Below are positions 1 through 11,955 of a DNA stretch of 64,000 nt, piece after piece. Each line of letters begins with the position of its first letter. The first letter of the stretch is position 1. The notes under the pieces are model-generated. The model ran no database searches. It saw nothing but the letters and a program-made list of their open reading frames with translations, and was not told where the DNA came from. The translations under genes and the position numbers were made by a program. The DNA comes from Felis catus (lineage: Eukaryota): contig NC_058382.1 of the NCBI RefSeq assembly GCF_018350175.1, positions 51,772,001 to 51,836,000 on the forward strand, given 5' to 3'.

Positions 1-629
1 TGTTCCTGGGCCCTATACCAGTGGCCAGAGCTGAGCTGTAACGCCGCGTTTCACCATAAGTGGCCGCTGTTTGACGTTGCCTACAACGTAAGCTATTTTC
101 ACAACTTGAAGCTCTGAGTGAGTGAACGCCCAAGAAATGCATTTTACAAATTGAAAATAGATTTAGTGTGTTGATTTGGAGAGGTGCCTCGCAGCGTGGC
201 TCTTGCCACATTCCACCAGAGAGGAGCAGGTTTGGGAATACTTAACAATCCAAATAGTGGTATATGGGACTCAGAGGAAGGTTTTCGTCCCCAAGCAGCA
301 CAGACTGTAGTGTGCTTCCTCTCCGTTGTTGTGACAATCAGCCGCATACCGCTTATAATCTGGGGTTTGTAAACAGCCAGAAGATTCCCTCAGAGGGAGT
401 AATTATATTTCCTTTAACATGTAAGGCAAACAATTTTTCTGAAGCATGCTATGTGCTGACTGCAAAGTAGATTTCCTTGACTAATGCTAAAGGAAAACCC
501 TGACAATGAAGGCAGGGACTTTTGGCAGGACAGAGATATTAGGAGGCCAATAAATGAGCAGAGAACATGAAAAATGCCATGGAGTATTATTATTCAGGAG
601 CTGAACTGGGTGGCCCGTTCAAAGAAATA

Positions 630-790
630 TGCATGATGAGATGTTAAGAGCATTGATGTTAAACTCAGTTTTCTCTTCTATAAAGTGGGAATAATAATGC
701 TTACCTAATAAAGTTATTCTGAGAATCAAACGTACCTAAGGTGTCCAGAACAGTAGCTACCCCCAAATGATGTCATATATTGTGGAAGTT
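630..790. mobile_element. MIR remnant (one of many; others near 7590-7780, 21860-22060, 23860-24070, 40640-40860, 60890-61110)
   Basis: MIR core ctcagttttctcttctataaagtgggaataataat...gttattctgagaatcaaa. Confidence 0.6.
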
Positions 791-1689
791 ATCAGCCTCA
801 ACCCATATCCCTTTCTAACTCACCATTGCCTATACAAGACAATGGCTTCCTACCGAGAGCATCCCAAGTTCTCTCCCTGGGCATTCTCTTAGCCCAGGTG
901 CACGGGGCAGGTTGGAAGTGCCAGGGAGCTCATGCATCCAGGAACGAACGGCCCTTAGCCAATCATGCAGAAAATTCAGTGACAAATACCCATTTCCTGG
1001 CTTCTGGGGCGGGGCCACTATGAAGCTTGCCCCACAAGGGTCTGCTGTCAAAGTCTTGTTTCGGGATGGAATGCAGCCTAAACGCTCTATTTCACGTTAG
1101 CAACAGGCTTCCTAATTTGGGATCGTAATTGGGTTTACAATGACGTGTTCAATGCAGTAACCAGCCTTGTCTACTCAGCCTCCATCCCCCAGCCACCGCC
1201 TCGGCTGAGGCTCTTATCTGTTTGCCTGTTTGTGCACCATAGTCTCTGACTGACCTTCACACTTGCAGTAAATCTATCACCCCATCTCCCGCCCACTTCC
1301 CGCCAAAGTTATTATCCTAAAACACAGTCACGCCATTCCCTGGCTTTTGTTTTCCTAAGACTTCAGTGGCGACCGTCACCTCCATGATTATGTCTTAAAT
1401 TTTATAACATGATACGTGAAACACTTCAAGAGCTGGTTTGAAGCAATCTTTCCGCCTAGCCTCCAGTGACTGCTAACCCCAGCTGATGCTCAGTCCATAC
1501 AGATCAAGACAGTGTCTTCTCCTTTTACCCATTACCTTTCCATGTGTTTGAATAGACTTGTGATCCTCTCCGAGGAACCTGGCTTATCCTTCAAGTTCTG
1601 GCTCAAACGTCCGCATCTCTATGAGGATCTCTCCAGCTCCTCGGCCAAGTTCCCTCCTCTGGGCTACCACAGTAGCATCTATATTCACT

Positions 1690-2230
1690 GACTCATTCAT
1701 TCACTCAACAAGGGTTTTTTTTTCTTCTAAGCATTTTCGACTGTGCACCAATCAGGGGCTGAGCCCCAGGGAAACCCATGCTGGATGAAAGCAGAAACCA
1801 CCCCTGCCCACAGTGCAAAAAAAGGAAACAGACAGTAATTAGCAGGTGGATCATATAAAAAAATTCATTACAAACTGCCATGAGAGTTTACCATAAAGGA
1901 TGCAGACCCAACCTGTGGAAACAAGGAATGGGTGCTTAAGTTGAAAGTGAAGTCGGCGATGACACCAGATGAAGGACATGCAACATACATTCCAGGTCAA
2001 GGGACAGCAGGTGGTGGGAGGGAACATGGTTCCATTTTTGAGGAACAGAAGGCCAGAGCATTTAGAGCACAGAGGCACAGGGAGAACAGAAGGAGGAGAG
2101 GCACTTACACCATTCACTGTGTCATTTCCATTTCTTGGCTGTGTCCTCCCCACCTTATGATTGAGAATAAACTCCTTAAAGGGAAGGACCACGTGTCACT
2201 GAAAGTCCTATCCACCCCCGCACTTAGCAC
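1690..2230. mobile_element. L2 remnant (others near 36950-37330, 41930-42240, 59970-60330, 62310-62690, 63200-63540)
   Basis: L2 3'-type cattcattcactcaacaa plus acattccagg...gaacatggt...tgaggaacagaaggccagag motifs. Highly degraded. Confidence 0.5.
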
Positions 2231-2499
2231 AATGCAAATAAACAAAATTAAGGTACCCATTTTATGGATGAAGTTGTTGAGGGTCAGAAAGGTTGAATGA
2301 GTCGCCCAAGGTCCCAAAGGTGGCGGCGTTTGCGCGGTAATAGAATATACATCCATCACTCCTCCACAACAAGGTTTCTCTTAACAGCCCACCAACACTC
2401 TTGCCTGCCCATCATTTTTCTAAAAAGTTCAAGTTTCTCTATAAGCTCCTTTTCAAAGGGCTCATAACAAAACCCCCAAATTTTGCCGGTTACCGGGAG

Positions 2500-2501
<2 letters not shown>

Positions 2502-2546
<45 letters not shown>
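2502..2546. repeat. (GT)n microsatellite, ~22 units
   Basis: Read directly from the sequence. Confidence 0.95.
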
Positions 2547-2548
<2 letters not shown>

Positions 2549-2759
2549 GGGGCCAGAGTACAGAATGATCTTCTGGTGATCAAAACAAAAAGGGGACCCT
2601 TTTCTGGTACAGGATTCTTTTCTGAAGCCTCTTTGGTGCCTGGAAATGGTGCGGGTGGTGAGAATTAGCCATCAAAAGAGGCTCCTGGTGATACCCCTTA
2701 AAGAGCATCCGCGCGCTGAACCCGAGAGTCTGGAGTGAAAAACACCCTGGTTTAGACTC

Positions 2760-4330
2760 TTCAGGAGAGTAAGTGGGATTTCTCGTTTCCCGCTTCCCGA
2801 ACCTTTTTGCCCTTCCAGCGGGTACCTGCGATTTGGGAAACAGCCCCACCTCCCGTCTCTCCCGCCTGCCCCCGCAGATCCGTGCGGGAGGAGGCAATCG
2901 TGTCTCCGGGAGGCATCCTCCAGGCCCAGACGTTCGCCTCTGTCCATTTCAAGGCGCCGAGCCTGCGCCGTAAATAACAAAGTACTGCGCCGCCCGCCGA
3001 GGACACGGCGTCCTCTCTGCGTGTTTTATTCACGAGTCTTGGGCAAGTCTGGGCTCTGGGGCTGCGATCAGGAGCCCGATTTGAGACCGGCTCTGGAAGT
3101 GGAGTCGAGGCTTCGCTGGGGCAGGGAGCGGGGGCGGGGAGCGAGGGTGGCGGGGTGAAGGGGTGGGGCGGACGGGGGCGCGGCTCTTGCGAGGATTACG
3201 GCGGAGGCTGTGGCCCTTAGCGCGGCTCGCGGAGGCTGCAGCCATTGCACAGCGGAGCATCCCACATTCAACAGGAGGAACCCGCGGGAGAGGAGCCCGA
3301 GCCCCCCGCGCCGCAGCCGCCGCAGCCCGTGCGCCCCGCGCCCCCCGTGCGCCATGGCCAAGGAAGGCGTGGAGAAGGCGGAGGAGACGGAGCAAATGAT
3401 CGAGAAGGAGGCAGGCAAGGAGCCTGCGGAGGGCGGCGGCGGCGGCGGCTCTCACCGCCTCGGGGACGCCCAGGAGATGCGCGCCGTGGTGCTGGCCGGC
3501 TTCGGGGGGCTCAACAAGCTGCGGGTCACCAGGAAGGCCATGCCCGAGCCGCAGGACGGCGAGCTCAAGATCCGCGTCAAAGCCTGGTCCAGTATCCGCG
3601 TCTTTCTCGCTTTCTCTCTTTGCGCGCTCGGCGCTCCCGGGGCGGGGGTGGCGGAGCCTCGGCGCGGCCGCTGCGCGGGGAAGAGTGGCCGTGGGCGCCC
3701 CCTCCGCGCCCTCCCGCGGGTCCCCGAGTCTCCCCGCGGCCGGCGGCCGGCGGCCGGCGGAGGATGCCGCGAGGTGGCCCCGCGCCCTCTCTCAGCCGGA
3801 TCTAGGGGTGACCGGAGGGGACTGTGAGCTCTCGGCGGGGAGGAACGGGGTGGATGGTGGCGCCCAGCGTCCCGGGGTCTGGGAGATTGCGCGGCGGGGG
3901 GCTCTCCGTCGGGTAGGACAGCTGAGCTGCCGGGAGAGGGAGTTTGGTAACACGGTTAAAGAACAATAATAACCGTTGGAGGACTGTGTGCCAGCCATCG
4001 TTTTTGGAGTTTTAGGTGTGCGATCTTATTTAATACTCCCTGGGACCCAGCGAGTTAGGGACCGTCATTGTCCGGCGTTTCATGCGAGGAAACCGGGGCG
4101 CAGAAAGAGCGATTTGCCCAAGGTCTCCCTGCCGCCACTAACTGACCTGGCCAGGATTTCCTACTCTTTTTTAAACCTCTATGCTGTACCGCTGCCGGGT
4201 CTGGCGACAGAGTGAGGGCTGGGGAGGTGCGTTCTCCCTCCCCGCTGGTGCACTCCGCTCCTCTGGCGCCTGGAGATGGGGAAAGGCACTGGGAAGCAGG
4301 GGCGGGGGCGGGGGGTTAGGTCCTGGAGCA
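2760..4330. promoter_or_regulatory. CpG island and GC-rich TATA-less promoter spanning VAT1L exon 1 (boundaries approximate)
   Basis: Very high GC and CpG density compared with the flanks. GCGGGGGCG (EGR-type, 3128-3136) overlaps GGGGCGGGG (Sp/KLF GC box, 3131-3139), with further G-runs to 3180, just upstream of the start codon. Confidence 0.85.
3354..3586 (+). CDS. VAT1L: VAT1L coding exon 1 (233 nt, ends phase 2)
   Basis: GCCATGG Kozak context. Translates MAKEGVEKAEETEQMIEKEAGKEPAEGGGGGGSHRLGDAQEMRAVVLAGFGGLNKLRVTRKAMPEPQDGELKIRVKA, which I recognise as the VAT1L N-terminus. The final TG plus the first T of exon 2 gives Cys of ACGLNF. Confidence 0.95.
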
Positions 4331-4432
4331 TCTGAGCTTGGTCAGGGGTGAGGCCAAGGCTCGCTCTTCCCCGCCAGCGTCTTCTCTTCTTCTGTGCTTT
4401 TCCGAAGAGGAAAAGCAAACAACTGGTCATCT

Positions 4433-4453
4433 CCCCCCCCCCCCCCCCCCCCC
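4433..4453. repeat. poly-C run (21 nt)
   Basis: Read directly from the sequence. Confidence 0.9.
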
Positions 4454-4763
4454 GCCCCATCTCAAAGGGAGCTCAGCAGTCCGAGTACCCTTCCTATTCC
4501 CCACTCCTCCTGGGGGAACTTCAGAGTTAGGCCCGCCTGGGATTCCCCTTGGAGTGCTTAAGCCTCTCTGTGTGCTGTCACTATGATCCTTTCTCTGAAG
4601 TTCTAGGAGGGAGGGCTCAACCCAAAGGGTTCACTGGATCCAACACTCTGAGTTCTTCATGCAGCAGCATGGGAAGCTCCCAAGGGGAACTTGCCCTCAG
4701 CACAGTGAGACGGACTTACCCTCTCTCATGTCTGTGTTTTAAAGTCCTCAGCAGTCACTGCTT

Positions 4764-4792
4764 CCCCCCCCCCCCCCCCCCCCCCCCCCCCC
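4764..4792. repeat. poly-C run (29 nt)
   Basis: Read directly from the sequence. Confidence 0.9.
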
Positions 4793-5702
4793 ACCGAAAG
4801 CAGCAGTCAGCCTACCTGTTCTAGGTTAAATCCCAGACCTAGACTCTGGGGACATACGCAGAGGCAAAACAACAACCACAAAAAAAAAACCCCAAAAACA
4901 AAAAAACTAAAAAAACACCGCAAAGGAGATTCTCCTCCCAGTCGCTGCCTTGAGAGCAGGTGCAGGGCTCCATGGCAGGCTGGAAGGTGGCTGTCAAGAG
5001 AAGCAGGCACTGATCTCTGACTCACTCTTCATACATGTAGCTGGTCACAGTCGACTCCAGACATGACTTTTGGGAATTCAGGGTAAGGGAAGAGGCTTTT
5101 GCAGACTGGGGAATCCTGTGTAGTTCTATTTTGTTAACTCTTGCTGAACCAAGCACATTGATCCCAGAAGGCAGAGCTTACGTCGGCCCTTTTCGCCAAT
5201 AAATCCCCAATGCCTAGCATAGTGCTTGGAACACAGTATGTCCCGCATCAGTTGCTGCTGACGGACTAAGTTATTGCTGAATGAATGGAATGAGAAAAGA
5301 CGCTCGGATGGGGAGGGTAGAGTCATTCTTTTTCTTCACTTGCTGGTGAAAGAACGTCTGGCTTGTAAAACTAAAACTATGTATTTATTGGTAATTCTCC
5401 TTTCTTCACCACTGATGAGAAATATGGTATAGATGCCTATGTGTATCTACAATTTATGCCCCTTCATCCAAACTGGATTCTAGGACTTCACCAGAGGGGA
5501 TGTTCAGAGGGTAAAAATGTTGAAGCTACTTTTTAAAGAAGAGAGCATCATTTGCAGTACAAATAGGTCTGAGTTCTCTAGTCTTATGCTAATTGCCTAG
5601 AGGCTGATAGGAACTGAAGCATTTTGAAATAATAAATGTCAAGATGAAAGCCAGGAGATTGATTTTCAAAGCCAGATGCACAAGCCTGTTTTTTATTGGA
5701 GC

Positions 5703-5709
5703 CGCGCGT

Positions 5710-5743
<34 letters not shown>
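5703..5743. repeat. CGCGCGTG followed by (CA)n, an alternating purine-pyrimidine tract
   Basis: Read directly from the sequence. Confidence 0.9.
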
Positions 5744-5747
<4 letters not shown>

Positions 5748-7131
5748 GAATCACTGCAGATTCCCCACCCTAGTTGTTCAGTAAGCCAACCAGACATGGG
5801 GCAACATTTGGAATCCGGCATTGCAAAGGGCCCAGATTGATTTTCATTTCCCCAAGCTGGAAGCAGAGTTCATCGGTTTTGCAAGGGGGGATTGAAGTAG
5901 GTTTGTGAAGACTGCCCGCTGGGTCTTTCCTCCTACACTGGGCTAGGATTGGCAGGCCAAAGATGCCCACTGATTGTAAGTTTAGCCTTGGGAGCCAGGA
6001 TGACTCATTCTGTATTTTTATGAATCAGCCGATGGCTTCCTGGATGAAGGTCCCCCTTTTATGTGCTCTCCGTTTTTAATGGAAACCTTTTATCATCAAG
6101 TAGGATATGCTATTTGCTTGGGAATAAAGCAGACCCTGTCTGAACTAGTATTATTCAGACCTGGAATGAGGGTCCAAGTTGGTTACTCCATACGCTGTAT
6201 GGGAATGGAAGAGAAGAGGTACAGGGAAATGCCTATTTGATCTCATTTACCCCTTCTCTTTTGTGGTGCAAGAAGAAAGATATTATACTGGAGCGAATTG
6301 AGGCTTGGAGATGTTGAGTAATTTGCCAAAAACATCACACAGATAGTACAGTTAGGATCTGAATCTTCATCTGCTGTTTTCCATTTATTCCATTTGTCTC
6401 CCTCTGTGGGAGAGCCACGGGAAATGTGATTTACCTCTCTGGACCTTTGGCAATGCAGTGCCAGCTTGCTTTCCTTCCCTTCTTCAGTGAATATGGCTCC
6501 TTTGACTTTTTTTTTTTTTATGTCTGACTTAAGAGAACATTCTCTGGCTAGTTCCAAAGTAATATGGCTTTTCTCCCCAAAGGGAGACATGCTGGTCAAA
6601 TGCAGCTCAGAAAGAACCGTTTTGGGGAGTGCAGGGCGGGAGGGGTTACAGAGTCTTCTAATGGGTGACAAGAGCATCAGCTTTGATGGGGAACCGGTCC
6701 CGTCACCCCTTCACTGAGCAGTTTACACGGCAAGCTACTTAAGTGGCCATGCGGAAACAGCACGTGGCCTTTGGAAGGCGAAGGATCCGGAGGTAGGCCC
6801 AAGCCTCAGCACTTTTTATCTGTGTGGCCTCGGTGGACACATCTCCGCCTCTCCAAGCTTGCCACGCCTCAAGTGCAAAACACAGACAAGATGAACCTCC
6901 TATTGTCGAGAGGATCAGATGCAAAAACGAGACTGGCACTAAATGAGGAGTGGGTGTTGTGACTGTCGCCACCTCCGTTGTCCTGTCTGTGCCTGTGTGA
7001 CTTATTTCTTTGAGGACTTGGAGGCCGTCATTTTAATCACGTGGATATTACAGGCGATGTCATGTTACGTTTGCTCTGTGATGAAGACTGAGACCTTCCT
7101 AGACAGGAGTCCCAGCCCCGTCTCTTGCTAA

Positions 7132-7585
7132 CCATAGGTCATGGGTCTTGCCCCCTAGAGGCAGAGCCAGACACAAGGCTGCTCTCTTAAGTGGTTGATT
7201 GAGGGGGTGCTTTTGGGGAAAGGGACGTAAGGGGAGCCGGACAAGGGAGGAGCTAAGCCAAGGATTTCATCTGCCCTGGATCCTGCCAGGAGTTCTGGGG
7301 CATGAATTATACCTTAGAATCTGACCTCGCAGCAATAGGGGAAGTCTCTGTGTTCCCCACGCCCTCTGGCCCCCTGTCGTCAGTCAGGTCTGGGCTGTGG
7401 GACGCCTTCTGAGTGGGGGCAGGGAGCCTCTCAGGCAATGGTGACTCCTGTTTGAGCGCTGTTCCTCCAGAAGAGGGAAGGGGGTTGGGGCACTGCACTG
7501 AGCCCTGAGCGGCCAGCACTCCCAGCAGGCGGGGGATGGGTGTGCTGCCCAGGCAAAAGGGGTCTGAATGTGGCACAGACATCGC
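7132..7585. mobile_element. Degraded ERVL solo LTR, LTR16-like
   Basis: Resembles the LTR16 consensus as I recall it (...cctagaggcagagccagacacaagg...aagtggttgatttgagggggtg...). Boundaries approximate. Confidence 0.5.
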
Positions 7586-7789
7586 CCCGTATGCTGGCTG
7601 ACCTTGAATGTGTCGCTTACTTCTCTAAACTTGAGCTTCTTGGTCTATAAAATGGAGATAATAATAGCACCTCCCTTTATAGTGTTGTAGTCAAGTTTAA
7701 ATGAGATATAGCGTAGAAAGACCTTTTTGGTGATGCCTGGCATATACAAGTGGTCAATAAATGATAGCTATTATTACACTATTATTCTT

Positions 7790-7918
7790 GGTTTCCATCT
7801 GGTGTCTCATTCAAACTGGAACTTTTGGGGGTGTTAAAGGGGCACTGTTCATAGTTACTCTGGGACAGCAGGAGCAGACTGGGACTGTTTTAGGCAAACC
7901 AGGGAACACGGTCCCTCC
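7790..7918. mobile_element. MER94-like hAT-Blackjack MITE
   Basis: caaactggaacttttggggg...aaaggggcactg...ctgggacagcagg...ctgggactgttttaggcaaaccaggg matches the recalled MER94 layout. Confidence 0.55.
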
Positions 7919-10900
7919 CCCCACCCCCCGCAACTGCCTTTGCTGCCAGAAGTCTTGTCACAGTGGGGCTTTTCTTGGACAGGAGCTGGGAGGATTTGAG
8001 GCTGAGGGTCTCCAGGCTGGGCTGCGGAAATATATTTAAGTGGCCATTAACAAGCCTTGTCTCTGGTTTGTGGCTCAAATTGGCTTGTGATGGAAAGGCA
8101 CTAATGGATCGGGGACATTTATTTTCCCAGACTGATTTACAGAGAGAGGCCACATGAAACTGCTAGAATGAGAGCAGTTGGATGAAAAATGGTCCCAGCC
8201 GGTCATGGCTGCATTGGCTGATCCGAAAATGGGCCGAGGGCAGGCCACACGAAAGGAAGGCCAACACACGGTGGGCTTCTAACGTGTCACGGAGGTAGAG
8301 GGCATCGAGCCAGGGGAGGGAACTCACACTTACTCAGCACTCGTGAGGAGCCAGGAACTGAGTTGCCTGCCAGGGGCTTTGTTTCATGTCATCCTAGGGA
8401 CGACTCCACAATATCAGTATTACTATCTCCATTTTCAAGTTGGGAAACGGACATTCAGAGCCATGTTAAGATCACAAACTGCTACGTGGAAAAGCAGTGT
8501 GAAGGTCCGAGCCAGCTTTGTTCCTGCACTCTTTACGTTTGGGAAAATCAGAGGGATTCGGTGACAAAGGCACAAGAGAGAAAGGACAGACAGTGAGGGA
8601 CCAAGAGGTAGAGAGAGGCAGGCAGACACAAAGACTGGAAGCAGGAACACAGAGAAAGACCAGGAAAGCATTTCACTGACCTAAAGCGTAACGGGTAGGA
8701 CTCAAAGTTGGCACGGTGCCATCTCGCCCCCCACCCCCAAAATGGCCATTTGTATTTCTAAACCACGTCCACTTTCCCTCCGTTGCCGATCTATGGGACT
8801 CTTTGGAGACCTACTTAACATCAGATGGCTAGGACCGTTGACCCAGAATACCCATGCTGATGAAACACAGTCACCACTCCTCGGATCCACTCAAGACATT
8901 CAGGTTTCTTCCTCTGCCCCCTTTGCCTCGATTGGGCTACTGCGACGTTGGCAACTTGCCTGTACAATATCCCCAAACAACACGGCATTAAACTGTCACT
9001 GGTGAGGCCCATCTAATGAAATATGGCCAGTAGTATCTTTCCTGTGTTTATTCACATAAACAAATGGAGTGCAGGAGGTTAAGTGACACGAGTGCTTATA
9101 AAACTGAGAAATCGCTTGGACGGTCTCTTGGCCAGGAAGCCAGGTCCTTGGCTTGGCCAGGAAGCCACTCTGCCATGATGATTGGAACAAAGTGTTCTGG
9201 ATGACTCTGTATCGGAGAGAGATACGAGGATTTGACAGGAGAGGATGACTCTGTCTGACTCACACCGAGCCCCGCTTGGTGATGACGCGAGATGGAGACG
9301 CTACTTCGGGGATCTTATTTATCCGGGAAAATGTGCATCTGCCCTTTAACTGGGTCCTCCGCGGTGAGGGCGGGGTGGGGGGGTGGTGGCTGTGTCTTCT
9401 CTTCAGCCGATAATGGAATGGACTTCTTGCCTCCCCAGCAATTGGAGGAAGAAAGGAAGCCCAGAATCAGTGCTTCTTGTGTTTCACAGAAAAAGGAAGT
9501 ATAGGACATCTTAGGGAACACCGAATGCGGAGCAGGTTCCCAGAAATGGCAGCCTGATCTCAGAAGAAACCAACGGCAGGTGGCCCATGACGCGCAAAGG
9601 GCGTGACGGCTGATATTTACGCTCCCCCTCCCCCTCGCCTGTCTTAGCTGCCACAAAGCTCGTTGTCCTTCTCCGCGTTACATCGGACCCTCATAACCCC
9701 CTGAGGTTATCGCGCTTACTTTCTAAGAGAGCTGCACTGCAAGTGGTGAGAAGCTACAACAGATCCGAGTTCAGACCCCAACTCGACCCCATCATGGCCG
9801 GGTGATCTTAAGCAGACAGTTCCTTCCACTTGCCCATAGCCTCGCCTTGGTAGTTACACCCACGTGGACTTGTGAGACCAGCTGAGAGTCTGTCACGTCC
9901 TGACTGCGCCCTGCACACAGCGGGCGCTCAAGGAAGGCTATTTCCTTCCTTAGTCAACCAGGCTGTAAAAGATGGGCGGGCACTTGACCCCACCCTCTGG
10001 TGCCTGGTCCTGCTGTGCCACCTCCAGACTACACTGGCACCAGGGGGCAGGGTGCTGGCTTTTGAATCTAATTTCCAGGGTCGGTATGCATTTGGACTGA
10101 CCTGTTGCGACCCTCACTCGCGATGGCCCTCTGCCTGCCCACCCGAGGGCGACAGTAGAGATTTTTAGGATAGCTGGATGTGCAGGACCGTCAAGCCTCT
10201 GGGGTTTGGTTCGCTCTCATTCAGAGGAACCCAAATTCCACCACCTCTGGGCACATCACTAGCATCCAACACGGACAACAGGGCTCACCCAGGCAAGGGG
10301 AAATGGCGCCCCCGTGACCCCACGTTCCTGGCACTTCTCTCAATAGGGAGCTTTTTTGGCATCTTGGCATTCGTCATAGAAGAAAAAGTTTAATTAGAAA
10401 CAAGACGAGCCTCCTCACAGGAAAAGGGTAGCGGGCGTGTAATCTCAAATTAGTTTGATTCCTCTGTGTGTGATCTCACACAGAAAATCGGTTGGAGCCC
10501 TGGTATTAAAATGAGTAAATTCAATGTTTGAAGGCCCAGGAGACAAAATTTATGCTTCAGTGAAAGAGGCTGTTTCATCTTTGAATGTTATATTTTCTTG
10601 ATGGAAACACACAGGGAGCTTCTGTCCTCAATCTCATTCTGCCAGTGACCCTTGATCCCTCACCCAAGCCTCATCCCGATCATTGTTCTGGGGCCAGGGG
10701 TGTGCGAGACGGTGCTTTCCTAGACCGACCCCCCCCCACCGCCCCCTACCCCGGGAAGTGAAACAATGGGCCTGCTTACTCCTGACTTGTCTAAATGGCT
10801 GTAGTCCCCAGAGCCCAATGCAGGATAATTGTCTTCTGTGAAGGGAATGATAATGATTCATTCCTCAGGTCGGCATGGACAACATACCCAGGTGGGATGG

Positions 10901-11078
10901 GAAGGACGTATGCTTTCTGGTTATAAAATAGTTAATGCCTGGAATGAAACAGACCTGGATTCGAATCTTAGATCAGATCATTTTAGCAACCTATCTAACC
11001 TTAGGAAAATGACTTAGTCTTCCATTACCTCAGTTTGCTCATCTGTGTTATGGGTACCATTATAGTACTCAGGGGGTA

Positions 11079-11080
<2 letters not shown>

Positions 11081-11125
<45 letters not shown>
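11081..11125. repeat. (TG)n microsatellite inside a MIR-like segment
   Basis: Read directly. The flanks (ctcagtttgctcatctgt) are MIR-core-like. Confidence 0.9.
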
Positions 11126-11128
<3 letters not shown>

Positions 11129-11901
11129 AAAAGACATAACACGTCTAAAGTCTCTAGCGATGAGGTTGGCATTTTCATATTTGATGAATGAATGAAGTCC
11201 TTGTCGTGTAGTATATGCTTCATATATGTTAATGGTAGGGAGAAGAAGTAGGACATTAAAAAGTCCCAACTTTACGTAAAGTTTTCTGGATAGAGGCCCT
11301 AATCAGACTCCAAAACGCTAACATCCAAAGTAGCCCCAGACAGGATGTGCCATCATGCCATGACGTACACAAGAAGACTCAGATGAATTCCCGAAGGAAC
11401 AAGAGAGGAGACGGAGGCACAATGCCCGGTGCTTCTACTGTGGGCCAGAGGCCGGGCTAAGCACAGAGATCTTCTGCTCTGACTTCTCTTTTCCTTATCT
11501 CCGCCATGCTGACCATCGCGATGACGTTGTCTCTGGAATTCTAGGCTCTCCCCTTTCCTTTCCCTTCCATCTCGTGTCTTCTTCTCATGAGTTAGCTTCA
11601 TGTGTTCTGCCTGCAGCGAGCTTCCTTCTTGAGACTCGGAGAGATGGCGGCCTTCTGCCCCAGCTGCCTCGTGCGAGTGTGGCAAGCCCCAGAGAGAACG
11701 GTTTTCTCCCGCTTTCCATACATCGAGGAAGGAATCTGAATGGCCCTCCGTGAATCACATATCAGCCCCTGGATCTCTCTCTCTCTGTCTGGCCCAAGGG
11801 GTTAAGGTGCTGTGATTGGCCACATGTGCATCTCACGTCCCCCTACACTGATCTAGAAGAATGGGACACCTTGATTGATTGCCTTACCAGGAACACATGA
11901 A

Positions 11902-11913
11902 GTGTGTGTGTGT

Positions 11914-11951
<38 letters not shown>
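11902..11951. repeat. (GT)n microsatellite with one interruption
   Basis: Read directly from the sequence. Confidence 0.9.

Positions 11952-11955
<4 letters not shown>

Noticed and set aside
3210..3353. In-frame GTG-initiated 48-codon N-terminal extension of VAT1L
   Set aside because: Stop-free frames are expected at this GC content. The ATG at 3354 has a strong Kozak context and matches the known N-terminus.
3477..3497. RE1-like CCAGCACCACGG on the minus strand of exon 1
   Set aside because: The right half-site mismatches at most positions, and the sequence is explained by coding constraint.
3592..3599. GTATCC as a U12-type (minor spliceosome) donor
   Set aside because: It reads GTATCCGC, not RTATCCTT. 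Splicing it to 27439 shifts the frame and reaches TAA at once.
3030..3998. Several long overlapping ORFs on both strands in the CpG island
   Set aside because: Arg/Pro/Ala/Gly-rich products of GC bias with no recognisable domain.
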